Shown here: piece by piece, positions 27,077 to 37,512 of the stretch
How positions within the stretch are numbered: the first letter of the stretch is position 1
Layout of the letters: each line of letters opens with the position of its first letter
Source of the DNA: Clostridiaceae bacterium
Lineage (GTDB): Bacteria > Bacillota > Clostridia > Saccharofermentanales > DTU023
DNA: 64,000 nucleotides
Reading direction: 5' to 3'
Assembly: GCA_012841145.1 (NCBI GenBank)
Contig: DUVH01000024.1
Location: forward strand, 70,711 to 134,710
Made by a program: the position numbers and the translations under genes
The notes under the pieces: generated by a model
Seen by the model: the letters and a program-made list of their open reading frames with translations, nothing else
Told to the model about the DNA's origin: nothing
Databases searched by the model: none

Positions 27077-28087
27077 ATGAAAAGACTCCTCAGTTTTCCT
27101 GATATTAGTGACCGTATCGACTGGATCGGAACGCACGAACAACAGCGCAGATTGCTCAGGCATTTTCACCTTGACGGGTTTGAAGTGATCTGGTGCGACC
27201 AAAAAGCCGAGGAGCGTTTCCCGCGCGAAACGGTCATCGGTATGCATCTGCCTTTTTATGCCGATTGGATGAATTTCTGGCTTGAAGATCACGTTCACCT
27301 CAACAGCGAGTTTGGAGACCGGGAGATCTGGCGGAGCTTCTACCCGGGAGAGACAAAAGAAGCTTACATCGAATATTTCGGCAGGTCGCTCGATTACGCG
27401 CATTCGCTCAATGTCGAGTATGTCGTCTTCCACGTCTCGCAAGTAGCGGTCGATGAAGCGTATGACTATCGATTTCAATTTGATGATGAAACCGTCCTTT
27501 GCGAATCGGCGAAACTCATCAACACGCTCTTTGATCGGGCAGGTCAAAAATACAACTTTCAGTTCTTAATGGAAAACTTGTGGTGGCCGGGGCTGAATTT
27601 CCGCGACGCTTCCATGACGCGAGCTTTGTTTAATAACATTCACTACGACAGGAAAGGGTTTGCCCTTGACCTCGGACATTTGCTGAATGCCGATACGTCT
27701 ATCCGGACGAATGAAGACGCCATTTCGTGGATACATCACGTTCTCGACGAGCACGAAGACTTGCTGCCGCACATAAAGGCGATCCATCTTCATCAATCGA
27801 TATCGGGAGCCTTCGTCGAGCAATTCCTCGGAACGGGTGTGGCGGTCTATGCGGGAAAAAACAAAGTACCGCTCGACTACTACGAACGCTATCGCTTGAG
27901 CTATGAACACGTCGCCAAGATCGACGAGCACGCAGTCTGGGAAATGCCGGGACTTCAGCCGATCCTGGATCGGATCGAACCTGACTACCTCGTCTATGAA
28001 TTTCGCTCGAACACACAAGAAGAGTTCTTTATGAATCTGAAACGGCAGAATGACTACTTCAGACGTTTTCCGACCTGTCTTACGTAG
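27077..28087 (+). CDS. Probable xylose-isomerase-like TIM-barrel protein
   Basis: 336-aa ORF with alternating beta/alpha-like pattern (VEYVVFHVSQ, FLMENLWWPG, ALDLGHL, IHLHQS). The functional call is weak. Confidence 0.45.
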   Translation: MKRLLSFPDISDRIDWIGTHEQQRRLLRHFHLDGFEVIWCDQKAEERFPRETVIGMHLPFYADWMNFWLEDHVHLNSEFGDREIWRSFYPGETKEAYIEYFGRSLDYAHSLNVEYVVFHVSQVAVDEAYDYRFQFDDETVLCESAKLINTLFDRAGQKYNFQFLMENLWWPGLNFRDASMTRALFNNIHYDRKGFALDLGHLLNADTSIRTNEDAISWIHHVLDEHEDLLPHIKAIHLHQSISGAFVEQFLGTGVAVYAGKNKVPLDYYERYRLSYEHVAKIDEHAVWEMPGLQPILDRIEPDYLVYEFRSNTQEEFFMNLKRQNDYFRRFPTCLT

Positions 28088-30239
28088 ACGCCGTAGAAGA
28101 CACCTCTTTCTTCACTCCTGTCAAAGAGAGCAAATCTTTAAACTCAGCCTTGAACGCTGACTCATCGGCTATAAGGCGTTCTTCAAGCTCTTTCAGTTTC
28201 TCGCGATGCACGTGCAGCTCTTGCATCCGTTTCTCGAGCTCTTCGCGCCTCTTCTGCAATTTGCGCCGAGCCTTTTCCATTTTTCTCCGCTCGGATCGCG
28301 CTTCAGCCAACAGTTTGCGGTTGGCGCCTTGCTGGTCTAATTGTTCTGCGGGCAACACACCGCTGCCGTGCACATATTTTTCCATAAAATGGTCGATATT
28401 CTGACCGCGCAGCGTCTGCCAAGAGACCTTTGTCTTGGCGAACATATCCTCAATATTTTGCAGTTCGACGCCGCGTCTCACTTTCAGCGTTGTCGTCCTT
28501 ACCATATCTTTGAAGCTATAGAAATAAGAACGGACGCTCTTGAAAGAAGGCAGACTGCGATTAACTTCTTCGACAATCGATGCGATCGAACGGACGATAT
28601 CTTCCTCTGACGTCTCTGAACCTTTCAAAGCGCGCAACTTCTCTTCGTCGATCACGATTTTCGCGGTGATAACTATCTCGCCGGATGCCCCTTCGTGACC
28701 GAAAACGAGAGAATCGCGCACAAGTTCGTGCCGGTTAAACAACAGTTCCAGTTCTTCAGGGAATACTTTCTTTCCGCTTGAAAGGACGATCATCGACTTG
28801 CTGCGTCCGGTTATCATCAGCCCGTCTTTTCTCGTGAAGTACCCGATGTCGGCCGTATGTAGCCACCCGTCACTGTCGATCGCCTCGGCCGTCGCCTCAG
28901 GATCGTCGAGATAACCTTTCATGACGATATCGGAACGCACGAGAATCTCTCCGGGCTGACCGCGCTTACCGCCGTTATCGATAGCTACCTCGACGCCGGC
29001 CAACGGTTGACCAACGGTACCGAACAAGTTGACTTTTGTGTTGCCTCCGCCTACGACCGGCGACGCCTCAGTAAGTCCGTAACCGGCCAGAACCTCAACG
29101 CCGATCGCACGGAAAAACTTGAGTGTTTCGCGCTCAACGGGAGCCGCGCCGCAGATCACCCATTTCAGATTGCCGCCCAATTTGTCGAGTACGTCTTTCA
29201 TCAGGGCACGTCGCTTATCGATACCCAGCTTGAAGAGAAACGTCGAAACTGCCATGCCGAACTTAAGTTTCTTCAACTGACCCGTGCGACGCGCTTCACT
29301 GATCACACGGCGATATATCGCGTCAAGAACGGCCGGCACGACGACCGTCAGGTGCACTTTATGTTCAGCAAAGTTGCTCGCAATGTACCGTAACCCGTCA
29401 CAGATGTGTATCGTACCGCCCAATGAAAGCACAGTGAGAAAACCGCACGTGTTCTCGAAGGCATGATGTAACGGGAGGATGGACAACGACTTGAAATAGT
29501 CGCCGAAATAGACCGATCCGAGAAGCGCCCGAATATCGGCCGTTATCGATTTGTTCGTCAGAATGACGGCCTTGGCAGTCGCGCTTGTGCCGGACGTAAA
29601 GAGAATCGCGGCGTCATCCTCAACATTATCGGGCGCAAGAAGACTGCTTGCCGAAACATCGCGTGTCGACGCAGACAAGGCATCATCAAATAGGAGGAGT
29701 GTATCGTCTTCCGCCATGCTTGCCCTGAAGTCAGCGCGTTCTTTATCCGTCATCACTCCGCGATCCATCGCAACGCGATACTTCAGCGACGGAAGCTCAC
29801 TGCGCATCGATTCCACGTCCTTATGCCAGGAATGGTCATAAATCAGCATGACCGATTGACTGCGTTGAACACAGGGAATGATCTCTTGCGGTTTTAACAG
29901 TCGATCGAGCGGCACGATCACACCGAATCCGGACGCCACCGCGAGCCACGTCACCATCCACGGATAACTGTTATCGCCTATCAAGGCGATACGACTGCCC
30001 CGCGGCAACAGTTCGCCGAGCCAATCCTGGACACGCGCGACATCACGTGCAAGCTCGTTGTACGATATAGTCTGTATTTTCTGGTCGCGCGGTCTGACAC
30101 GCCAGCGAACAGCAGGCCTGTCACCGTATAGCTCGCAACCGCGCGTGACAACGTCGCGCAACGCGTAAATAGGCGGCGCTTTGTACCACGTCTTACCGGT
30201 TACTATTTGAAGATTTCGATTACATTTTGTTTCTGTCAT
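28080..30239 (-). CDS. AMP-dependent acyl-CoA ligase (long-chain type) with a C-terminal basic coiled-coil tail
   Basis: ILFTSGTSATAKAV, GYGLTEASPVV and WLHTADIG, then a K/R/E-rich heptad-like tail (RRKMEKARRKLQKRREELEKRMQELHVHREKLKELEERL). ATG at 30239 (MTETK). Confidence 0.85.
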   Translation of the reverse strand: MTETKCNRNLQIVTGKTWYKAPPIYALRDVVTRGCELYGDRPAVRWRVRPRDQKIQTISYNELARDVARVQDWLGELLPRGSRIALIGDNSYPWMVTWLAVASGFGVIVPLDRLLKPQEIIPCVQRSQSVMLIYDHSWHKDVESMRSELPSLKYRVAMDRGVMTDKERADFRASMAEDDTLLLFDDALSASTRDVSASSLLAPDNVEDDAAILFTSGTSATAKAVILTNKSITADIRALLGSVYFGDYFKSLSILPLHHAFENTCGFLTVLSLGGTIHICDGLRYIASNFAEHKVHLTVVVPAVLDAIYRRVISEARRTGQLKKLKFGMAVSTFLFKLGIDKRRALMKDVLDKLGGNLKWVICGAAPVERETLKFFRAIGVEVLAGYGLTEASPVVGGGNTKVNLFGTVGQPLAGVEVAIDNGGKRGQPGEILVRSDIVMKGYLDDPEATAEAIDSDGWLHTADIGYFTRKDGLMITGRSKSMIVLSSGKKVFPEELELLFNRHELVRDSLVFGHEGASGEIVITAKIVIDEEKLRALKGSETSEEDIVRSIASIVEEVNRSLPSFKSVRSYFYSFKDMVRTTTLKVRRGVELQNIEDMFAKTKVSWQTLRGQNIDHFMEKYVHGSGVLPAEQLDQQGANRKLLAEARSERRKMEKARRKLQKRREELEKRMQELHVHREKLKELEERLIADESAFKAEFKDLLSLTGVKKEVSSTAST

Positions 30240-30252
30240 TGCCAAGCAACCT

Positions 30253-31281
30253 CTACTCCTCAAAAAATCCTTCAAACAACTTCTCAAACAGCTCGTTAAC
30301 ATACTGTTGCGTTTCAACCGACAGTTGTTCAAAGCGTCGCAGCAACTCACGACCTGTATCCGTTAAGGAGCTGCTGCCGCCTTCCTGACCTCCCGGACGG
30401 CGGTCAATGACATTTTCGCCCAACTGCTCCTCGAGGAGATTCAGAATCTGCCATCCCTTGCTGTAGGAGAGTTTCATCCGCTGGCAAGCCATTCGTACCG
30501 AGCCCGTTTCGTCAATAAGGCGTAATAAAACGGCGGGACCGGGACCGAAAAAGATCTTTTCGCGTGCGAGATTGAGCTTGAAGCGGACACGCAGCGGCAA
30601 CATCATCGAATCTTCCGGATGCGATACAAGGTCTTCATCTTTATGCGCCTCCGATACCAACGGAAGAGGAATAACCCCGGGATCGTCAAGAACGACTCGC
30701 TCAACCGTTCCCTCCGCGGCAGCGACAAGCTCTGCAAGTGTACGACCTTTCTCTGAACGCGTGAGATTCCGAACGACGTCCTTGGAAATGACGATCGGCA
30801 ACCCGTCCTCTCCATCGAAAACGGGCACGGTAACCGTCGATTTCGAGATGAGGAGTCGTTTCAGAGATGTCGTGTGAACGGACGGAATGAGAGGCGTCGC
30901 CAAATAGATCTTTTCGCAATCACAGCATGTCCTTTCGATATAAGACAGACCCTTGATCGCGTCGTCAACAATCGACGTCTCGCGCCAATACGGATTGTAG
31001 AGATTGACAACATTCATTTTGGCAAGATGCTTTTCCAGTTTTGCGTTCTTAAAACCTGTAATGACGACGATGGGAGCGACACCTTCCGTCTGAAGTCGGA
31101 TAATCAAGCGTTCAATTAAACTGATCGTTCCGACACGGACTAAGGCGGGCAGAACTTGCCGTTCGTCACCGACAGACGCTACAGTACCGTCCTGTTCCGG
31201 AGGCCGTGACGCTATAATGACAGCAGAGGCACGCGGCAGTTCTTCTCTCATATTCAAATATTTCTCTTTTAACAAATTCAC
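30253..31281 (-). CDS. MocA/YgfJ-like nucleotidyltransferase domain fused to a ModE-N/LysR-type winged-helix domain
   Basis: The N-terminal two-thirds resemble the MobA-like NTP transferase fold (LPALVRVGTISLIERLI...IVVITG). The C-terminus ACQRMKLSYSKGWQILNLLEEQLGENVIDRRPGGQEGGSSSLTDTGRELL is a ModE-N type HTH. Confidence 0.6.
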   Translation of the reverse strand: MNLLKEKYLNMREELPRASAVIIASRPPEQDGTVASVGDERQVLPALVRVGTISLIERLIIRLQTEGVAPIVVITGFKNAKLEKHLAKMNVVNLYNPYWRETSIVDDAIKGLSYIERTCCDCEKIYLATPLIPSVHTTSLKRLLISKSTVTVPVFDGEDGLPIVISKDVVRNLTRSEKGRTLAELVAAAEGTVERVVLDDPGVIPLPLVSEAHKDEDLVSHPEDSMMLPLRVRFKLNLAREKIFFGPGPAVLLRLIDETGSVRMACQRMKLSYSKGWQILNLLEEQLGENVIDRRPGGQEGGSSSLTDTGRELLRRFEQLSVETQQYVNELFEKLFEGFFEE

Positions 31282-31407
31282 CGGTTGCTCCCTCCCCGCA
31301 ACAATATTGTTATCTGTTTCGCGCCTGATTATTAAAGGCTAACGCCATGACCTTGAAGACGCGTATGTGTATCGGATACTAATTGATGTTTTTTCGCGTC
31401 AACCTTA

Positions 31408-32811
31408 TTATCTGATCGCTGTGATCGGCAGATCCCGCTTCAAATATTGACCGTCGGCGTCTTTCACGACGAGGACGCCGGATTCGACTTTACGGTTGCC
31501 GCGCAGGAAAACGTCTCTCACTTTGCCTTTCAGAGCGAATCCTTCATACGGCGTGTAGTCACAGTTCTCGTGAAGCAGATCGGACGTGACCGTCCACTCC
31601 GCCTTCGGATCGAACACAACGATGTCGGCATCGCTTCCGGCTCGGAGAATGCCCTTTTTCGGGAATAATCCGAAATACTTGGCGGCATTCGTCGATGTGA
31701 CGACGGAGAAACGGTTGATATCCATACGCCCCTCAGAAACTCCGTGCGAATACATCAGGTTCATACGAAGCTCAATCCCCGGCGCGCCGTTCGGTATCTT
31801 CGAAAAATCATCACGCCCCATTTCCTTTTGGCCTTTGAAGTTGAAGGAGCAGTGATCGGTACCGACGAACTGGATTTCTCCGGAAGCCAATCCCTGCCAC
31901 AGCGCTTCCTGATCGCGGCGTTCCCGGAGCGGGGGACTCATAATAAATTTGGCAGCTTCAAAATCGTCATCCTCAGGTGTTCCGTAACGAGAGCGGTCAA
32001 GAACGAGGTATTGCGGACACGTCTCCACGACGACGTGGTTGCCGCGCTCTCTGGCACGGAGTATACTCGACAAGCCGCGCGCCGTCGATAGATGCACAAC
32101 GTAGTGATTGGTGTGGAGCAGCTGAACGACGGTCTCGAGGCGGTCGATCGCCTCGGCTTCGAGCTCGGACGGCCGTGTCATCTGGTGGTAGTACGGCGAG
32201 AGGTTGCCGGCCTCTCGGATCCGCCGCGTAAAGAGGTCGATCAAAAGTCCGTTCTCGCAGTGGAAGCCGATCGTCGCGCCGAGCTTACCCGCTTCTTCGA
32301 GCGCCTCATAGATCCCGTCCTCCTGAACCATCATCCTTCCCTTGTACGCCATGTACATCTTAAAGGACGTGATGCCGCCCTCGACAATTGATGCCATCTC
32401 GCTTCGCAAGGCGTCGTTCCACTCTGTCATCGCCATGTGAAAGCCGTAGTCGATCGCCGACCGTCCGTCAGCTTTCTCATGCCAGCGCTCCAATCCGCGC
32501 GCCATCGATTCTCCGTGAAACTGCGTCGCGAAATCGATAACCGTCGTCGTACCTCCCGCCAGTGCCGCTAATGTTCCGGACTTAAAGTCATCGGCGGTAA
32601 CCGTCCCCATCGATTCCAAATCGAGATGTGTGTGCGTCTCTATTCCGCCCGGCAAAAAATAGCATCCGGAGCAGTCGATGATCTCTTCGTGTTCGAGAGG
32701 AACAATATCCCCCAAAGCGTCAATCACTTCACCGCGGATGCGTATGCTGCCCTTGACTGTCTTGTCGGGCAGAACGATATAGCCGTCCTTAAGAAGTGTG
32801 CTGTGTTTCAT
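31408..32811 (-). CDS. hyuA: D-hydantoinase / dihydropyrimidinase family amidohydrolase
   Basis: PGGIETHTHLD, SFKMYMAYKG and FVGTDHCSF. ATG 32811 has GGGAGA upstream, whereas the track start is 32823. Confidence 0.88.
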   Translation of the reverse strand: MKHSTLLKDGYIVLPDKTVKGSIRIRGEVIDALGDIVPLEHEEIIDCSGCYFLPGGIETHTHLDLESMGTVTADDFKSGTLAALAGGTTTVIDFATQFHGESMARGLERWHEKADGRSAIDYGFHMAMTEWNDALRSEMASIVEGGITSFKMYMAYKGRMMVQEDGIYEALEEAGKLGATIGFHCENGLLIDLFTRRIREAGNLSPYYHQMTRPSELEAEAIDRLETVVQLLHTNHYVVHLSTARGLSSILRARERGNHVVVETCPQYLVLDRSRYGTPEDDDFEAAKFIMSPPLRERRDQEALWQGLASGEIQFVGTDHCSFNFKGQKEMGRDDFSKIPNGAPGIELRMNLMYSHGVSEGRMDINRFSVVTSTNAAKYFGLFPKKGILRAGSDADIVVFDPKAEWTVTSDLLHENCDYTPYEGFALKGKVRDVFLRGNRKVESGVLVVKDADGQYLKRDLPITAIR

Positions 32812-32998
32812 ATTATCTCCCACTATTTATGTATTCTCTCGAAAACAGTCACCTGATTCGGTTTCTTATGAAAACAATAGGCAAGATACCGCGCCCGCTC
32901 GCCGAACGATTTTTGCGTCACAAACAGGGGGTAATCCGGCCCATCGTTACATATGGCGCGGGAGCAGGTGTCCGCCCCCGCGCCAATAACATTGTATT

Positions 32999-34321
32999 TT
33001 ACAGATTTTTCCAAACTTCCGCGGCGCGCGCTTTCGTGCGGGCGTAAATCTCTTCGACGTCAACCGTGAGAATGGCGCGATCCTTCATGACAACCTTACC
33101 GTTGATCATCACGTCGTTCGTCATACGACCGTAGCAACCGAACAGGATATGGCCTCTCCAGTTATCGGAACCGAACGGTGTGAACGGAGCATAATCGAGC
33201 GTAATAATGTCAGCGTAGGCACCCGGTTTCAACATGCCGAGCGGGCGCTTGAAGTGCTTCGCGCAGATGGCGGGGTTACCGTCGAACTGAAGCTGCAGCG
33301 CCTGACCGAACCCGACCGTCGGATCGGAAAGCCTGTAAGATTGCAGGATTTTCGAGACTTTAACAGACTCAAACATGTCGTGCGTGTATGCGTCAGTGCC
33401 CATTCCGAGACGAATGCCGCGCGCCAACATGCCGATCACCGGCGTCGCGCCTACGGCGTTACCCATATTGGACATCGGGTTGTGTACGACCGTCGTGTCC
33501 GTCTCCGCTAAGATGTCGAGTTCGCGGCCGTTTACATGAACGGCGTGAACGGCGATCGATTTCGGGCCGAGAAGTCCCCAGTTGAGCAGACGCTCAGTAA
33601 CGCGACAGTCGTATTTTTTCAGGCTGTCGTACTGGTCTTCGCGTCCTTCACCGACGTGAACGTGGTAGCCCGCATCGATGCCTTCCATCGAAGCGACGAT
33701 TTTTTCCATCGTCTTGTCGGAAATCGTGAAGGAGGCGTGCATGCCGAACATTCCCTTGATCATGTCCTGCTCGTCCGTGTTCATCGCCTTGATGAAGTCG
33801 ACGTTCTCTTTGATCTCCGCATCGGTGATCGCTTCACCGTCGCGATCGGAGACTTCCATCGAGAATGAACCGCGGATGCCGATTTTCTTCGCTGCGTCCG
33901 CCAGAGTGAAGAGCGAGCCTGCAGCGGCGTTCGGGCTTGCGTGATGGTCAAACAGCGTCGTCACGCCGTTTTGGATGCTCTCGATGTACGTCGTGTAGGC
34001 AGAAAGTTCGCAGTCTTCCATCGTAAGGCTGCGGTCGAGCGCCCACCACAAGTTTTCAAGAATCTCAGGGAAATTACGCGTCGGCTTCGATACGCCCATG
34101 CCGCGCGCATAAGAGCTGTAAATGTGCGTATGCGCATTGATCATACCGGGCATGATAATGCGACCGCCGACATCGATCACTTCGTCATCGGGGAAACGCG
34201 CTTTCAAATCTTCAAAAGTGCCGACTTCTTCAATCAATTCGCCAACGACACGGACGGCGCCGTTTTCAAAGTAAAGATTGTCTTCACAGTTTGTAATTAA
34301 TCTTCCGTTACCAATAATCAT
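32999..34321 (-). CDS. ssnA: SsnA-type putative aminohydrolase
   Basis: PGMINAHTHIYSSYARG, HVHVGEG, AVHAVH and GTDAYTHDM. Same size and neighbourhood (next to ygfK) as E. coli SsnA. ATG 34321 has GGAGG upstream. Confidence 0.85.
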   Translation of the reverse strand: MIIGNGRLITNCEDNLYFENGAVRVVGELIEEVGTFEDLKARFPDDEVIDVGGRIIMPGMINAHTHIYSSYARGMGVSKPTRNFPEILENLWWALDRSLTMEDCELSAYTTYIESIQNGVTTLFDHHASPNAAAGSLFTLADAAKKIGIRGSFSMEVSDRDGEAITDAEIKENVDFIKAMNTDEQDMIKGMFGMHASFTISDKTMEKIVASMEGIDAGYHVHVGEGREDQYDSLKKYDCRVTERLLNWGLLGPKSIAVHAVHVNGRELDILAETDTTVVHNPMSNMGNAVGATPVIGMLARGIRLGMGTDAYTHDMFESVKVSKILQSYRLSDPTVGFGQALQLQFDGNPAICAKHFKRPLGMLKPGAYADIITLDYAPFTPFGSDNWRGHILFGCYGRMTNDVMINGKVVMKDRAILTVDVEEIYARTKARAAEVWKNL

Positions 34322-34461
34322 GTAGACCTCCAGATCGTTCATAAACTTTCAGCTGTCGCCCTCAGCTCCGCAATACGGCTAGGACGACTGCTTCCACCAA
34401 CTGTTTTCATCTTTAGAAAGATGCCCTCACGACGGGAATGCCGTGAGGGGCATCGCTTCAA

Positions 34462-37400
34462 TTATTCACAACATCCTGAGTGGCAAGCCGCATTATAGAG
34501 CCAAGGGGCTTTTTCATTGACAGCGGCAATGACTTTCGCCATGCGCTTATCGAGCTCTCCACCGTCCAATGCCGCATCAAATACGCGACCGCGCTCGTCG
34601 CGAATACGATACTGATTCTCCGCGAGTTTGAGGAAGCCGATGTTTTCCGAGTCAACAAAATCTTCCTCGCTCCAGAAGAGTGTCAGTTTGTCCTTATAGG
34701 GTTTGCCGGCGTGCGGACAGAATGTCGCGCAGTTGCCGCACTCGTTACACATGCCGTCCACGTGGACGATCTGCTCCGCGATGTCAAAACCGTCCACGAG
34801 AATCGCCACATTGGCGCGATTCGGGCAGACTTCCGTACAGATCCGGCAGATCTGATCGCAGAGGAGACAGCGCTCGCCTTCTTTTTCAGGCGTCGGTTGC
34901 GCCTCGACCAGGACACCGCGACGCTCGACGATGACGTCTTCATCTTTCGCGACATGGACGCGATCGAAATTGTGCTTGAGGTTTTCTTTTGCAAGAATAT
35001 CGAGTACAGCTTTCTTGGCGTCGCCCATCGCGGCGACGATCGTCGAAGGACCTTTGCGACAATCACCGATGACATAGACGCCGTCAACGGATGATTCCAT
35101 GGCGTCGGAAACGTACGGGTTGCCCCACTTGTCGCATGAGAGCGCCCAGTCGCTGAAAAGCGATTGATCGACTCTCGCCCCTGTCGCGCCGATGACCGTG
35201 TCGAATTCCAAAGTCACCATCTCGCCCGTACCGAGACAAGCTCTGCGCCCCGATTCATCGAAACCTCCGAGCTGTTGCTTTTCACAGACGAGTTTTTTGC
35301 CGTCGTAGCTGACGGGAGCGTGGAGTTCACACCACTCGACGCCTTCCGCCATCGCCTCGTCAAATTCGTCCTGACTCGCGGGAGCGTACATTTCCGTACG
35401 GCGATAGACGATCGTGACTTCGGGTGATTCCGGCATGCGCTTCGCAAGGCGCGCGCAATCCATTGCGACGTCTCCCGCGCCGATAACGGCGACCTTTTTC
35501 CCAAGATCACGGGGGCCGTCCTTCTTGATGGACAAAAGGAAGTCGAGCGAATCCAATACGAGCTCGCTTCCTTCCGTGACAGGAGAGCGGCCTTTCGCCC
35601 AAGCGCCGATGGCAAGCACGATGTAGTCGTATTTGTCTTTGAGCGCGTCGAGCTTAACGTCGGGGTCGGCGTTAAAGTGGAAATTCACGCCGGCCGCTTT
35701 CGCCAGCGCTAAGTCGCGATCGATCTCTTCTTTCGAAATACGGAAAGAGGGGATCGCATAGCGGACGATACCGTGAGATTCGGCTCTCTTCTCGAATACG
35801 TCGACGGCAACGCCGTTGCGCGCGAGATAGTAAGCCGCCGCAACGCCGCCGGGGCCGGCTCCGACCACGCAGACTCGTTTCTTAGTACGCAAGCGCTTGG
35901 GCTCGAGCGCTTCATTGTAGCGATTCTGCGCCTCGTCGGCAGCTTTCTTCTTGATGTCGCGCATGTGGAGCGAGACGTCGTAGTCAATGCGCGTGCAGTG
36001 TTCGCGACACGGCTGCGCGCACAGGACGCCGGTAATCGTCGGGCACGCGTTATCGATGGCGATCACGCGGAACGCTTCATCGTATTCGCCGCGCGCGACA
36101 AGCGTATTGTACTGCGGGATCTGCTGGTTGATGGGACAGCCGCCGTCTTTACAAGGCGCTTTGTAGCAGTCGTAGAGCGGAAGCTCCGAATCCGTCTTAC
36201 GCGACCAGACTTTCTCACGCCAGCGCTTCTGCATTCTCGGATCTTCTAACATTGCTTGCTTCAGCGCGCTCAGCTTGGCAAGATCGACGTCTGAGCTCTC
36301 GTTGCCGAGATATGGTTCGGACTCCTCGGCCATTTGTTTAAAGCGCGCATAGCCACCCGGCTTCAACAGCGTCGTCGCGACGGTGACGGGCCCGATTCCC
36401 GTATCCAGAATGGCCGCCACATTCAATCCGTCCGCGCCTCCCGCAAACGATATGGGGAGTTTTCCTTCAAAGGCTTCCGACAGTTTCAGCGCCAGGCTGA
36501 TCGTCAGCGGCATCAGGGAACGGCCGGACATGTACATCTCTTCCGACGGCACTTCGCCTCTCGTAACATCGACAGGGCACGTATTTGTCAGCTTCACGCC
36601 GAACGCCAGCCCCTTTTCTTTACTCACTTTGATCATGCGCTCGAAAATGCCGAGCCCGTCCTCGAACTGCAAGTCGGCGAGGAAATGCTTGTCGGGGAAC
36701 GCGATGTAGTCGTAGCCGAGATCGTCGAGCGTCTTCCTGACATAGTCATAGCCGAGCATCGTCGGATTACACTTGACGAACGTATGACAATGTTTCTCCG
36801 TCAAAAGGTAATGAGCGATGCGCTCAATCTCCTCAGGCGGACATCCGTGCAGCGTGGACAGCGTAATCTGATTACTGATGTTCGGCGAAATCGCGTCGAC
36901 GACAGCTTCGTCGGCGCGATCAAAGATGGCGAGATGGCCCTTCAGGAACTCTATACACTCTTTGTAGATAGGCGTCTCGGAAGCGTCTTTCAGCCCTTCG
37001 ATAAAATTGTCTATCTTCGGAAGTTTAATACCTTCCAAGTCGTAACCGACACTCATATTGAATGCGAAATCGTTACCGTCCGAAATGCCGAATTCAACGG
37101 CCAGGACTTTCAGGGCGACCCACGCTTTGACGTACTCATCGAAAGCTTCCTGTACCGTCAGCTCGGTCGACCATTCACAGTTGTAACACTCATCTTCCGC
37201 GTTGATGCACGGCTTGGCAACGGCATGCCTTATCTCCTCGCCGTCCATTTTCTGAACGGTCTTGAGCTCGATAAAGCGAGCGCCCGCGAGGTAAGAAACG
37301 ATGATGTTCTGCGCCAATTGCGAGTGAGGGCCGGCAGCCGGCCCGACGGGTGTCGCGATCGCGTCGCCGAACGGTGTGCGGAAGCACTTGTCACCTTTCG

Positions 37401-37512
37401 GAAAATAAAATTTGCTCTTGTCGAGTCCGAATACCCGACCGTTCTCTTTGTACTCTCGGAGACTCCACTCAATGAGATTAGCGAAGCCGATTGGTCTCAT
37501 AATATCGCCCAT
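34462..37512 (-). CDS. ygfK: YgfK-type Fe-S flavoprotein (putative selenate reductase subunit YgfK family)
   Basis: 1016 aa. DPD-like TIM-barrel N-terminus (PVGPAAGPHSQLAQNI...IELKTVQ), two dinucleotide folds (VVGAGPGGVAAAYYLA, VIGAGDVAMDCA) and C-terminal ferredoxin motifs (CLLCDQICRICTEVCP, CNECGNCATFCP). Confidence 0.9.
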   Translation of the reverse strand: MGDIMRPIGFANLIEWSLREYKENGRVFGLDKSKFYFPKGDKCFRTPFGDAIATPVGPAAGPHSQLAQNIIVSYLAGARFIELKTVQKMDGEEIRHAVAKPCINAEDECYNCEWSTELTVQEAFDEYVKAWVALKVLAVEFGISDGNDFAFNMSVGYDLEGIKLPKIDNFIEGLKDASETPIYKECIEFLKGHLAIFDRADEAVVDAISPNISNQITLSTLHGCPPEEIERIAHYLLTEKHCHTFVKCNPTMLGYDYVRKTLDDLGYDYIAFPDKHFLADLQFEDGLGIFERMIKVSKEKGLAFGVKLTNTCPVDVTRGEVPSEEMYMSGRSLMPLTISLALKLSEAFEGKLPISFAGGADGLNVAAILDTGIGPVTVATTLLKPGGYARFKQMAEESEPYLGNESSDVDLAKLSALKQAMLEDPRMQKRWREKVWSRKTDSELPLYDCYKAPCKDGGCPINQQIPQYNTLVARGEYDEAFRVIAIDNACPTITGVLCAQPCREHCTRIDYDVSLHMRDIKKKAADEAQNRYNEALEPKRLRTKKRVCVVGAGPGGVAAAYYLARNGVAVDVFEKRAESHGIVRYAIPSFRISKEEIDRDLALAKAAGVNFHFNADPDVKLDALKDKYDYIVLAIGAWAKGRSPVTEGSELVLDSLDFLLSIKKDGPRDLGKKVAVIGAGDVAMDCARLAKRMPESPEVTIVYRRTEMYAPASQDEFDEAMAEGVEWCELHAPVSYDGKKLVCEKQQLGGFDESGRRACLGTGEMVTLEFDTVIGATGARVDQSLFSDWALSCDKWGNPYVSDAMESSVDGVYVIGDCRKGPSTIVAAMGDAKKAVLDILAKENLKHNFDRVHVAKDEDVIVERRGVLVEAQPTPEKEGERCLLCDQICRICTEVCPNRANVAILVDGFDIAEQIVHVDGMCNECGNCATFCPHAGKPYKDKLTLFWSEEDFVDSENIGFLKLAENQYRIRDERGRVFDAALDGGELDKRMAKVIAAVNEKAPWLYNAACHSGCCE

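Noticed and set aside
25754-27547. A 597-aa minus-strand ORF that would overlap the plus-strand gene 27077..28087.
   Set aside because: Only the last 399 aa (from ATG 26953, MKLSNRS...) look like an aminotransferase. The N-terminal 198 aa have no family resemblance and run antisense to a plausible plus-strand gene, so I treat them as a spurious upstream extension.
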